Shown in pieces: positions 11,383 to 24,550 of a DNA stretch of 64,000 bases. The notes under the pieces were generated by a model. It saw only the letters and a list, made by a program, of their open reading frames with translations. It was not told the DNA's origin and searched no databases. Source of the stretch: Eledone cirrhosa (lineage: Eukaryota); contig OZ024740.1 in assembly GCA_964016885.1 (NCBI GenBank), positions 137,454,001 through 137,518,000 of the forward strand, in the 5' to 3' direction. Position 1 is the first letter of the stretch. Every line of letters starts with the position of its first letter. A program made the translations under genes and the position numbers.

Positions 11383-14300
11383 ATCACTTTTCCCCCAATC
11401 TCCAATTCTCTCTTTCTCTTATCCCTTTTCTCTCAATCTCCAATTCTCTCTTTCTCTTATCACTTTTACCCCAATCTCCAATTCTCTCTTTCTCTCATCA
11501 CTTTTCTCTCAATCTCCAATTCTCTCTTTCTCTTATCACTTTTCCCCCAATCTCCAATTCTCTCTTTCTCTTATCCCTTTTCTCTCAATCTCCAATTCTC
11601 TCTTTGTTTTCTCACTTTCCCCCAATCTCCAATTCTCTCTTTCTCTTCACACTTTTCCGCCAATCTTCAATTCTCTCTTTCTCTTATCACTTTCCCCCCA
11701 ATCTCCAATTCTCTCTTTCTCTTATCACTTTTCTCTCAATCTCCAATTCTCTCTTTCTCTTCTCACTTTTCCCCAATCTCCAATTCTCTCTTTCTCTCAT
11801 CACGTTTCTCTCAATCTCCAATTCTCTCTTTCTCTCCTCACTTTTCTCTGAATCTCCAATTCTCTCTTTATCTTCTCACTTTTCTCTCAATCTCCAATCC
11901 TCTCTTTCTATTCTCAGTTTACTCCAATCTCCAATTCTCTCTTTCTCTTATCACTTTTCTCCCAATCTCCAATTCTCTCTTTCTCTTATCACTTTCCCCC
12001 CAATCTCCAATTCTCTCTTTCTCTTATCACTTTTCTCTCAATCTCCAATTCTCTCTTTCTCTTCTCACTTTTCCCCAATCTCCAATTCTCTCTTTCTCTC
12101 ATCACGTTTCTCTCAATCTCCAATTCTCTCTTTCTCTCCTCACTTTTCTCTGAATCTCCAATTCTCTCTTTATCTTCTCACTTTTCTCTCAATCTCCAAT
12201 CCTCTCTTTCTATTCTCAGTTTACTCCAATCTCCAATTCTCTCTTTCTCTTATCACTTTTCTCCCAATCTCCAATTCTCTCTTTCTCTTATCACTTTTCT
12301 CTCAATCTCCAATTCTCTCTTTCTCTTATCACTTTTCCCCCAATCTCCAATTCACTCTTTCTATTATCACTTTTCTCTCAATCTCCAATTCTCTCTTTCT
12401 CTTATCACCTTTCCCCCAATCTCCAATTCTCTCTTTCTCTTATCTCTTTTCTCTCAATCTCCAATTCTTTCTTTCTCTTATGACTTTTCCCCCAATCTCC
12501 AATTCTCTCTTTCTGTTATCAATTTTCTCTCAATCTCCAATTCTTTCTTTCTCTTATCACTTTTCTCTCAATCTCCAATTCTCTCTTTCACTTATCACTT
12601 TTTTCTCAATCTCCAATTCTCTCTTTCTCTTATCACTTTTCTCTCAATCTCCAATTCTCTCTTTCTCTTATCACTTTTCCCCCAATCTCCAATTATCTCT
12701 TTCTATTGTCACCTTTCTGTCAATCTCCAATTCTCTCTTTCTCTTATCACTTTTCTCTCCATCTCCAATTCTCTCTTTCTATTATCACTTTTCTCTCAAT
12801 CTCCAATTCTCTCTTTCTCTTATCACTTTTCTCTCAATCTCCAATTCTCTCTTTATCTTCTCACTTTTCTCTCAATCTCCAATCCTCTCTTTCTATTCTC
12901 AGTTTACTCCCAATCTCCAATTCTCTCTTTCTCTTATCACTTTTCTCTCAATCTCCAATTCTCTCTTTCTCTTATCACTTTTCTCTCAATCTCCAATTCT
13001 CTCTTTCTCTTATCACCTTTCCCCCAATCTCCAATTCTCTCTTTCTCTTATCTCTTTTCTCTCAATCTCCAATTCTCTCTTTCTTTTCTCACTTTTCCCC
13101 CAATCTCCAATTCTCTCTTTCTCTTCACACTTTTCCCCCAATCTCCAATTCTCTCTTTCTCTTATCACTTTTCCCCCAATCTCCAATTCTCTCTTTCTCT
13201 TATCCCTTTTCTCTCAATCTCCAATTCTCTCTTTCTTTTCTCACTTTTCCACCAATCTCCAATTCTCTCTTTCTTTTCACACTTTTCCCCCAATCTCCAA
13301 TTCTCTCTTTCTCTTATCACTTTTCCCCCAATCTCCAATTCTCTCTTTCTCTCCTCACTTTTCTCTGAATCTCCAATTCTCTCTTTATCTTCTCACTTTT
13401 CTCTCAATCTCCAATCCTCTCTTTCTATTCTCAGTTTACTCCCAATCTCCAATTCTCTCTTTCTCTTATCACTTTTCTCTCAATCTCCAATTCTCTCTTT
13501 CTCTTATCACTTTTCCCCCAATCTCCAATTCACTCTTTCTATTATCACTTTTCTCTCAATCTCCAATTCTCTCTTTCTCTTATCACCTTTCCCCCAATCT
13601 CCAATTCTCTCTTTCTCTTATCTCTTTTCTCTCAATCTCCAATTCTTTCTTTCTCTTATGACTGTTACCCCAATCTCCAATTCTCTCTTTCTGTTATCAA
13701 TTTTCTCTCAATCTCCAATTCTTTCTTTCTCTTATCACTTTTCTCTCAATCTCCAATTCTCTCTTTCACTTATCTCTTTTTTCTCAACTCCAATTCTCTC
13801 TTTCTCTTATCACTTTTCTCTCCATCTCCAAGTCTGTCTTTCTCTTATCACTTTTCTCTCAATCTCCAAATCTCTCTTTCTCTTCTCACTTTTCCCCCAA
13901 TCTCCAATTCTCTCTTTCTCTAATCACTTTTCCCCCAATCTCCAATTTTCTCTCTTTCTCTTATCACTTTTCTCTCAATCTCCAATTCTCTCTTTCTCTT
14001 ATCACTTTTCCCCCAAACTCCAATTCTCTCTTTCTCTTCTCACTTTTCTCTGAATCTCCAATTCTCTCTTTGTCTTCTCACTTTTCTGTCAATCTCCAAT
14101 CCTCTCTTTCTGTTCTCAGTTTACCCCCTATCTCCAATTCTCTCTTTCTCTCATCACTTTTCTCTCAATCTCCAATTCGCTCTTTCTCTTATCACTTTTC
14201 TCTCAACTCCAATTCTCTCTTTCTCTTATCACTTTTCCCCCATCTCCAATTCTCTCTTTCTCTTATCACTTTTCTCTCAATCTCCAATTCTCTCTTTCTC

Positions 14301-17300
14301 TTATCACTTTTCTCTCAATCTCCAATTCTCTCTTTCTCTTATCACCTTTCTCTCAATCTCCAATTCTCTCTTTCTCTTATCACTTTTCTCTCAATCTCCA
14401 ATTCTCTCTTTCTCAAATCACTTTTCTCTCCATCTCCTATTCTCTCTTTCTCTTATCACTTTTCTCTCAATCTCCAATTCCCTCTTTCTCTTATCACTTT
14501 TCTCTCAATCTCTAATTCTCTCTTTCTCTTATCACTTTTCTCTCAATCTCCAATTCTCTCTTTCTCTTATCACTTTTCCCCCAATCTCCAATTCTCTCTT
14601 TCTCTTATCACTTTTCTCTCACTCTCCAATTCTCTCTTTCTCTTATGACTTTTCCCCCAATCTCCAATTCTCTCTTTCTCTTATCCCTTTTCTCTCAATC
14701 TCCAATTCTCTCTTTCTTTTCTCACTTTTCCCCCAATCTCCAATTCTCTCTTTCTCTTCACACTTTTCCCCCAATCTCCAATTCTCTCTTTCTCTTATCA
14801 CTTTTCCCCCAATCTCCAATTCTCTCTTTCTCTTATCCCTTTTCTCTCAATCTCCAATTCTGTCTTTCTTTTCTCACTTTTCCCCCAATCTCCAATTCTC
14901 TCTTTCTTTTCACACTTTTCCCCCAATCTCCAATTCTCTCTTTCTCTTATCACTTTTCCCCCAATCTCCAATTCTCTCTTTCTCTTATCCCTTTTCTCTC
15001 AATCTCCAATTCTCTCTTTCTCTTATCACTTTTCCCCCAATCTCCAATTCTCTCTTTCTCTCATCACTTTTCTCTCAATCTCCAATTCTCTCTTTCTCTT
15101 ATCCCTTTTCTCTCAATCTCCAATTCTCTCTTTATTTTCTCACTTTTCCCCCAATCTCCAATTCTCTCTTTCTCTTCACACTTTTCCCCCAATCTCCAAT
15201 TCTCTCTTTCTCTTATCACTTTTCCCCCAATCTCCAATTCTCTCTTTCTCTTATCACTTTTCTCTCAATCTCCAATTCTCTCTTTCTCTTATCACTTTTC
15301 TCTCAATCTCCAATTCTCTCTTTCTCTTCTCACTTTTTCCCCAATCTCCAATTCTCTCTTTCTCTTCTCACATTTTTCCCAATCTACAATTCTCTCTTTC
15401 TCTCATCACGTTTCTCTCAATCTCCAATTCTCTCTTTCTCTCCTCACTTTTCTCTGAATCTCCAATTCTCTCTTTATCTTCTCACTTTTCTCTCAATCTC
15501 CAATCCTCTCTTTCTATTCTCAGTTTACTCCCAATCTCCAATTCTCTCTTTCTCTTATCACTTTTCTCTCAATCTCCAATTCTCTCTTTTTCTTATCACT
15601 TTTCCCCCAATCTCCAATTTTCTCTTTCTCACATCACTTTTCTCTCAATCTCAAATTCTCTCTTTCTCTTATCACTTTTCTCTCAATCTCCAATTCTCTC
15701 TTTCTCAAATCAGTTTTCTCTCAATCTCCAATTCTCTATTTCACTTATCACTTTTCTCTCAATCTCCAATTCTCTCTTTCTCTTATCACTTTTCCCCCCA
15801 ATCTCCAATTCTCTCTTTCTCTTAGACCCTTTTCTATCATTCTCCAATTCTCTCTTTCTTTTCTCACTTTTCCCCCAATTTTCAACTCTCTCTTTCTCTT
15901 CACACTTTTCCCCCAATCTCCAATTCTCTCTTTCTCTTATCACTTTTCCCCCAATCTCCAATTCTCTCTTTCTCTTATCCCTTTTCTCTCAATCTCCAAT
16001 TCTCTCTTTCTTTTCTCACTATTCCACCAATCTCCAATTCTCTCTTTCTTTTCACACTTTTCCCCCAATCTCCAATTCTCTCTTTCTCTTATCACTTTTC
16101 CCCCAATCTCCAATTCTCTCTTTCTCTTATCCCTTTTCTCTCAATCTCCAATTCTCTCTTTCTCTTATCACTTTTACCCCAATCTCCAATTCTCTCTTTC
16201 TCTCATCACATTTCTCTCAATCTCCAATTCTCTCTTTCTCTTATCACTTTTCCCCCAATCTCCAATTCTCTCTTTCTCTTATCCCTTTTCTCTCAATCTC
16301 CAATTCTCTCTTCATTTTCTCACTTTCCCCCAATCTCCAATTCTCTCTTTCTCTTCACACTTTTCCCCCAATCTTCAATTCTCTCTTTCTCTTATCACTT
16401 TTCCCCCAATCTCCAATTCTCTCTTTCTCTTATCACTTTTCTCTCAATCTCCAATTCTCTCTTTCTATTATCACTTTTCTCTCAATCTCCAATTCTCTCT
16501 TTCTCTTCTCACTTTTTCCCCAATCTCCAATTCTCTCTTTCTCTTCTCACATTTTCCCCAATCTCCAATTCTCTCTTTCTCTCATCACGTTTCTCTCAAT
16601 CTCCGATTCTCTCTTTCTCTCCTCACTTTTCTCTGAATCTCCAATTCTCTCTTTATCTTCTCACTTTTCTCTCAATCTCCAATCCTCTCTTTCTATTCTC
16701 AGTTTACTCCCAATCTCCAATTCTCACTTTCTCTTATCACTTTTCTCTCAATCTCCAATTCTCTCTTTCTCTTATCACCTTTCCCCCAATCTCCAATTCT
16801 CTCTTTCTCTTATCTCTTTTCTCTCAATCTCCAATTCTTTCTTTCTCTTATGACTTTTCCCCCAATCTCCAATTCTCTCTTTCTGTTATCAATTTTCTCT
16901 CAATCTCCAATTCTTTCTTTCTCTTATCACTTTTCTCTCAATCTCCAATTCTCTCTTTCACTTATCACTTTTTTCTCAATCTCCAATTCTCTCTTTCTCT
17001 TATCACTTTTCCCCCAATCTCCAAATATCTCTTTCTATTGTCACTTTTCTGTCAATCTCCAATTCTCTCTTTCTCTTATCACTTTTCTCTCCATCTCCAA
17101 TTCTCTCTTTCTATTATCACTTTTCTCTCAATCTCCAATTCTCTCTTTCTCTTATCACTTTTCTCTCAATCTCCAATTCTCTCTTTCTCTTATCACCTTT
17201 CTCTCAATCTCCAATTCTCTCTTTCTCTTATCACTTTTCTCTCAATCTCCAATTCTCTCTTTCTCAAATCACTTTTCTCTCAATCTCCTATTCTCTCTTT

Positions 17301-20300
17301 CTCTTATCACTTTTCTCTCAATCTCCAATTCCCTCTTTCTCTTATCACTTTTCTCTCAATCTCTAATTCTCTCTTTCTCTTATCACTTTTCTCTCAATCT
17401 CCAATTCTCTCTTTCACTTATCACTTTTCTCTCAATCTCCAATCCTTTCTTTCTCTTATCACTTTTCCCCCCAATCTCCAATTCTCTCTTTCTCTTATCA
17501 CTTTTCTCTCACTCTCCAATTCTCTCTTTCTCTTATGACTTTTCCCCCAATCTCCAATTCTCTCTTTCTCTTATCCCTTTTCTCTCAATCTCCAATTCTC
17601 TCTTTCTTTTCTCACTTTTCCCCCAATCTCCAATTCTCTCTTTCTCTTCACACTTTTCCCCCAATCTCCAATTCTCTCTTTCTCTCATCACTTTTCTCTC
17701 AATCTCCAATTCTCTCTTTCTCTTATCACCTTTCTCTCAATCTCCAATTCTCTCTTTCTCTTATCACTTTTCTCTCAATCTCCAATTCTCTCTTTCTCAA
17801 ATCACTTTTCTCTCCATCTCCAATTCTCTCTTTCTATTATCACTTTTCTCTCAATCTCCACGTCTGTCTTTCTCTTATCACTTTTCTCTCAATCTCCAAA
17901 TCTCTCTTTCTCTTCTCACCTTTCCCCCAATCTCCAATTCTCTCTTTCTCTAATCACTTTTCCCCCAATCTCCAATTCTCTCTTTCTCTTATCCCTTTTC
18001 TCTCAATCTCCAATTCTCTCTTTCTCTTATCACTTTTACCCCAATCTCCAATTCTCTCTTTCTCTCATCACTTTTCTCTCAATCTCCAATTCTCTCTTTC
18101 TCTTATCACTTTTCCCCCAATCTCCAATTCTCTCTTTCTCTTATCCCTTTTCTCTCAATCTCCAATTCTCTCTTTGTTTTCTCACTTTCCCCCAATCTCC
18201 AATTCTCTCTTTCTCTTCACACTTTTCCGCCAATCTTCAATTCTCTCTTTCTCTTATCACTTTCCCCCCAATCTCCAATTCTCTCTTTCTCTTATCACTT
18301 TTCTCTCAATCTCCAATTCTCTCTTTCTCTTCTCACTTTTCCCCAATCTCCAATTCTCTCTTTCTCTCATCACGTTTCTCTCAATCTCCAATTCTCTCTT
18401 TCTCTCCTCACTTTTCTCTGAATCTCCAATTCTCTCTTTATCTTCTCACTTTTCTCTCAATCTCCAATCCTCTCTTTCTATTCTCAGTTTACTCCAATCT
18501 CCAATTCTCTCTTTCTCTTATCACTTTTCTCCCAATCTCCAATTCTCTCTTTCTCTTATCACTTTCCCCCCAATCTCCAATTCTCTCTTTCTCTTATCAC
18601 TTTTCTCTCAATCTCCAATTCTCTCTTTCTCTTCTCACTTTTCCCCAATCTCCAATTCTCTCTTTCTCTCATCACGTTTCTCTCAATCTCCAATTCTCTC
18701 TTTCTCTCCTCACTTTTCTCTGAATCTCCAATTCTCTCTTTATCTTCTCACTTTTCTCTCAATCTCCAATCCTCTCTTTCTATTCTCAGTTTACTCCAAT
18801 CTCCAATTCTCTCTTTCTCTTATCACTTTTCTCCCAATCTCCAATTCTCTCTTTCTCTTATCACTTTTCTCTCAATCTCCAATTCTCTCTTTCTCTTATC
18901 ACTTTTCCCCCAATCTCCAATTCACTCTTTCTATTATCACTTTTCTCTCAATCTCCAATTCTCTCTTTCTCTTATCACCTTTCCCCCAATCTCCAATTCT
19001 CTCTTTCTCTTATCTCTTTTCTCTCAATCTCCAATTCTTTCTTTCTCTTATGACTTTTCCCCCAATCTCCAATTCTCTCTTTCTGTTATCAATTTTCTCT
19101 CAATCTCCAATTCTTTCTTTCTCTTATCACTTTTCTCTCAATCTCCAATTCTCTCTTTCACTTATCACTTTTTTCTCAATCTCCAATTCTCTCTTTCTCT
19201 TATCACTTTTCTCTCAATCTCCAATTCTCTCTTTCTCTTATCACTTTTCCCCCAATCTCCAATTATCTCTTTCTATTGTCACCTTTCTGTCAATCTCCAA
19301 TTCTCTCTTTCTCTTATCACTTTTCTCTCCATCTCCAATTCTCTCTTTCTATTATCACTTTTCTCTCAATCTCCAATTCTCTCTTTCTCTTATCACTTTT
19401 CTCTCAATCTCCAATTCTCTCTTTATCTTCTCACTTTTCTCTCAATCTCCAATCCTCTCTTTCTATTCTCAGTTTACTCCCAATCTCCAATTCTCTCTTT
19501 CTCTTATCACTTTTCTCTCAATCTCCAATTCTCTCTTTCTCTTATCACTTTTCTCTCAATCTCCAATTCTCTCTTTCTCTTATCACCTTTCCCCCAATCT
19601 CCAATTCTCTCTTTCTCTTATCTCTTTTCTCTCAATCTCCAATTCTCTCTTTCTTTTCTCACTTTTCCCCCAATCTCCAATTCTCTCTTTCTCTTCACAC
19701 TTTTCCCCCAATCTCCAATTCTCTCTTTCTCTTATCACTTTTCCCCCAATCTCCAATTCTCTCTTTCTCTTATCCCTTTTCTCTCAATCTCCAATTCTCT
19801 CTTTCTTTTCTCACTTTTCCACCAATCTCCAATTCTCTCTTTCTTTTCACACTTTTCCCCCAATCTCCAATTCTCTCTTTCTCTTATCACTTTTCCCCCA
19901 ATCTCCAATTCTCTCTTTCTCTCCTCACTTTTCTCTGAATCTCCAATTCTCTCTTTATCTTCTCACTTTTCTCTCAATCTCCAATCCTCTCTTTCTATTC
20001 TCAGTTTACTCCCAATCTCCAATTCTCTCTTTCTCTTATCACTTTTCTCTCAATCTCCAATTCTCTCTTTCTCTTATCACTTTTCCCCCAATCTCCAATT
20101 CACTCTTTCTATTATCACTTTTCTCTCAATCTCCAATTCTCTCTTTCTCTTATCACCTTTCCCCCAATCTCCAATTCTCTCTTTCTCTTATCTCTTTTCT
20201 CTCAATCTCCAATTCTTTCTTTCTCTTATGACTGTTACCCCAATCTCCAATTCTCTCTTTCTGTTATCAATTTTCTCTCAATCTCCAATTCTTTCTTTCT

Positions 20301-23300
20301 CTTATCACTTTTCTCTCAATCTCCAATTCTCTCTTTCACTTATCTCTTTTTTCTCAACTCCAATTCTCTCTTTCTCTTATCACTTTTCTCTCCATCTCCA
20401 AGTCTGTCTTTCTCTTATCACTTTTCTCTCAATCTCCAAATCTCTCTTTCTCTTCTCACTTTTCCCCCAATCTCCAATTCTCTCTTTCTCTAATCACTTT
20501 TCCCCCAATCTCCAATTTTCTCTCTTTCTCTTATCACTTTTCTCTCAATCTCCAATTCTCTCTTTCTCTTATCACTTTTCCCCCAAACTCCAATTCTCTC
20601 TTTCTCTTCTCACTTTTCTCTGAATCTCCAATTCTCTCTTTGTCTTCTCACTTTTCTGTCAATCTCCAATCCTCTCTTTCTGTTCTCAGTTTACCCCCTA
20701 TCTCCAATTCTCTCTTTCTCTCATCACTTTTCTCTCAATCTCCAATTCGCTCTTTCTCTTATCACTTTTCTCTCAACTCCAATTCTCTCTTTCTCTTATC
20801 ACTTTTCCCCCATCTCCAATTCTCTCTTTCTCTTATCACTTTTCTCTCAATCTCCAATTCTCTCTTTCTCTTATCACTTTTCTCTCAATCTCCAATTCTC
20901 TCTTTCTCTTATCACCTTTCTCTCAATCTCCAATTCTCTCTTTCTCTTATCACTTTTCTCTCAATCTCCAATTCTCTCTTTCTCAAATCACTTTTCTCTC
21001 CATCTCCTATTCTCTCTTTCTCTTATCACTTTTCTCTCAATCTCCAATTCCCTCTTTCTCTTATCACTTTTCTCTCAATCTCTAATTCTCTCTTTCTCTT
21101 ATCACTTTTCTCTCAATCTCCAATTCTCTCTTTCTCTTATCACTTTTCCCCCAATCTCCAATTCTCTCTTTCTCTTATCACTTTTCTCTCACTCTCCAAT
21201 TCTCTCTTTCTCTTATGACTTTTCCCCCAATCTCCAATTCTCTCTTTCTCTTATCCCTTTTCTCTCAATCTCCAATTCTCTCTTTCTTTTCTCACTTTTC
21301 CCCCAATCTCCAATTCTCTCTTTCTCTTCACACTTTTCCCCCAATCTCCAATTCTCTCTTTCTCTTATCACTTTTCCCCCAATCTCCAATTCTCTCTTTC
21401 TCTTATCCCTTTTCTCTCAATCTCCAATTCTGTCTTTCTTTTCTCACTTTTCCCCCAATCTCCAATTCTCTCTTTCTTTTCACACTTTTCCCCCAATCTC
21501 CAATTCTCTCTTTCTCTTATCACTTTTCCCCCAATCTCCAATTCTCTCTTTCTCTTATCCCTTTTCTCTCAATCTCCAATTCTCTCTTTCTCTTATCACT
21601 TTTCCCCCAATCTCCAATTCTCTCTTTCTCTCATCACTTTTCTCTCAATCTCCAATTCTCTCTTTCTCTTATCCCTTTTCTCTCAATCTCCAATTCTCTC
21701 TTTATTTTCTCACTTTTCCCCCAATCTCCAATTCTCTCTTTCTCTTCACACTTTTCCCCCAATCTCCAATTCTCTCTTTCTCTTATCACTTTTCCCCCAA
21801 TCTCCAATTCTCTCTTTCTCTTATCACTTTTCTCTCAATCTCCAATTCTCTCTTTCTCTTATCACTTTTCTCTCAATCTCCAATTCTCTCTTTCTCTTCT
21901 CACTTTTTCCCCAATCTCCAATTCTCTCTTTCTCTTCTCACATTTTTCCCAATCTACAATTCTCTCTTTCTCTCATCACGTTTCTCTCAATCTCCAATTC
22001 TCTCTTTCTCTCCTCACTTTTCTCTGAATCTCCAATTCTCTCTTTATCTTCTCACTTTTCTCTCAATCTCCAATCCTCTCTTTCTATTCTCAGTTTACTC
22101 CCAATCTCCAATTCTCTCTTTCTCTTATCACTTTTCTCTCAATCTCCAATTCTCTCTTTTTCTTATCACTTTTCCCCCAATCTCCAATTTTCTCTTTCTC
22201 ACATCACTTTTCTCTCAATCTCAAATTCTCTCTTTCTCTTATCACTTTTCTCTCAATCTCCAATTCTCTCTTTCTCAAATCAGTTTTCTCTCAATCTCCA
22301 ATTCTCTATTTCACTTATCACTTTTCTCTCAATCTCCAATTCTCTCTTTCTCTTATCACTTTTCCCCCCAATCTCCAATTCTCTCTTTCTCTTAGACCCT
22401 TTTCTATCATTCTCCAATTCTCTCTTTCTTTTCTCACTTTTCCCCCAATTTTCAACTCTCTCTTTCTCTTCACACTTTTCCCCCAATCTCCAATTCTCTC
22501 TTTCTCTTATCACTTTTCCCCCAATCTCCAATTCTCTCTTTCTCTTATCCCTTTTCTCTCAATCTCCAATTCTCTCTTTCTTTTCTCACTATTCCACCAA
22601 TCTCCAATTCTCTCTTTCTTTTCACACTTTTCCCCCAATCTCCAATTCTCTCTTTCTCTTATCACTTTTCCCCCAATCTCCAATTCTCTCTTTCTCTTAT
22701 CCCTTTTCTCTCAATCTCCAATTCTCTCTTTCTCTTATCACTTTTACCCCAATCTCCAATTCTCTCTTTCTCTCATCACATTTCTCTCAATCTCCAATTC
22801 TCTCTTTCTCTTATCACTTTTCCCCCAATCTCCAATTCTCTCTTTCTCTTATCCCTTTTCTCTCAATCTCCAATTCTCTCTTCATTTTCTCACTTTCCCC
22901 CAATCTCCAATTCTCTCTTTCTCTTCACACTTTTCCCCCAATCTTCAATTCTCTCTTTCTCTTATCACTTTTCCCCCAATCTCCAATTCTCTCTTTCTCT
23001 TATCACTTTTCTCTCAATCTCCAATTCTCTCTTTCTATTATCACTTTTCTCTCAATCTCCAATTCTCTCTTTCTCTTCTCACTTTTTCCCCAATCTCCAA
23101 TTCTCTCTTTCTCTTCTCACATTTTCCCCAATCTCCAATTCTCTCTTTCTCTCATCACGTTTCTCTCAATCTCCGATTCTCTCTTTCTCTCCTCACTTTT
23201 CTCTGAATCTCCAATTCTCTCTTTATCTTCTCACTTTTCTCTCAATCTCCAATCCTCTCTTTCTATTCTCAGTTTACTCCCAATCTCCAATTCTCACTTT

Positions 23301-24550
23301 CTCTTATCACTTTTCTCTCAATCTCCAATTCTCTCTTTCTCTTATCACCTTTCCCCCAATCTCCAATTCTCTCTTTCTCTTATCTCTTTTCTCTCAATCT
23401 CCAATTCTTTCTTTCTCTTATGACTTTTCCCCCAATCTCCAATTCTCTCTTTCTGTTATCAATTTTCTCTCAATCTCCAATTCTTTCTTTCTCTTATCAC
23501 TTTTCTCTCAATCTCCAATTCTCTCTTTCACTTATCACTTTTTTCTCAATCTCCAATTCTCTCTTTCTCTTATCACTTTTCCCCCAATCTCCAATTATCT
23601 CTTTCTATTGTCACTTTTCTGTCAATCTCCAATTCTCTCTTTCTCTTATCACTTTTCTCTCCATCTCCAATTCTCTCTTTCTATTATCACTTTTCTCTCA
23701 ATCTCCAATTCTCTCTTTCTCTTATCACTTTTCTCTCAATCTCCAATTCTCTCTTTCTCTTATCACCTTTCTCTCAATCTCCAATTCTCTCTTTCTCTTA
23801 TCACTTTTCTCTCAATCTCCAATTCTCTCTTTCTCAAATCACTTTTCTCTCAATCTCCTATTCTCTCTTTCTCTTATCACTTTTCTCTCAATCTCCAATT
23901 CCCTCTTTCTCTTATCACTTTTCTCTCAATCTCTAATTCTCTCTTTCTCTTATCACTTTTCTCTCAATCTCCAATTCTCTCTTTCACTTATCACTTTTCT
24001 CTCAATCTCCAATCCTTTCTTTCTCTTATCACTTTTCCCCCCAATCTCCAATTCTCTCTTTCTCTTATCACTTTTCTCTCACTCTCCAATTCTCTCTTTC
24101 TCTTATGACTTTTCCCCCAATCTCCAATTCTCTCTTTCTCTTATCCCTTTTCTCTCAATCTCCAATTCTCTCTTTCTTTTCTCACTTTTCCCCCAATCTC
24201 CAATTCTCTCTTTCTCTTCACACTTTTCCCCCAATCTCCAATTCTCTCTTTCTCTCATCACTTTTCTCTCAATCTCCAATTCTCTCTTTCTCTTATCACC
24301 TTTCTCTCAATCTCCAATTCTCTCTTTCTCTTATCACTTTTCTCTCAATCTCCAATTCTCTCTTTCTCAAATCACTTTTCTCTCCATATCCAATTCTCTC
24401 TTTCTATTATCACTTTTCTCTCAATCTCCACGTCTGTCTTTCTCTTATCACTTTTCTCTCAATCTCCAAATCTCTCTTTCTCTTCTCACCTTTCCCCCAA
24501 TCTCCAATTCTCTCTTTCTCTAATCACTTTTCCCCCAATCTCCAATTCTC
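11383..24550. repeat. Near-identical tandem duplication, period 6570 bp (~173 monomers)
   Basis: Eight ORF pairs are offset by exactly 6570: 12706/19276, 13658/20228, 14070/20640, 14645/21215, 15710/22280, 16850/23420, 17038/23608 and 17535/24105. The marker CTTAGACCC is at 15821 and 22391. Confidence 0.95.
11740..12330. repeat. Nested ~302-bp (8-monomer) duplication, also at ~18310-18900
   Basis: TTCTCAGTTTACTCCAATC, with one C fewer than usual, is at 11911 and 12213 (offset 302 = 8x38-2). Confidence 0.8.
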
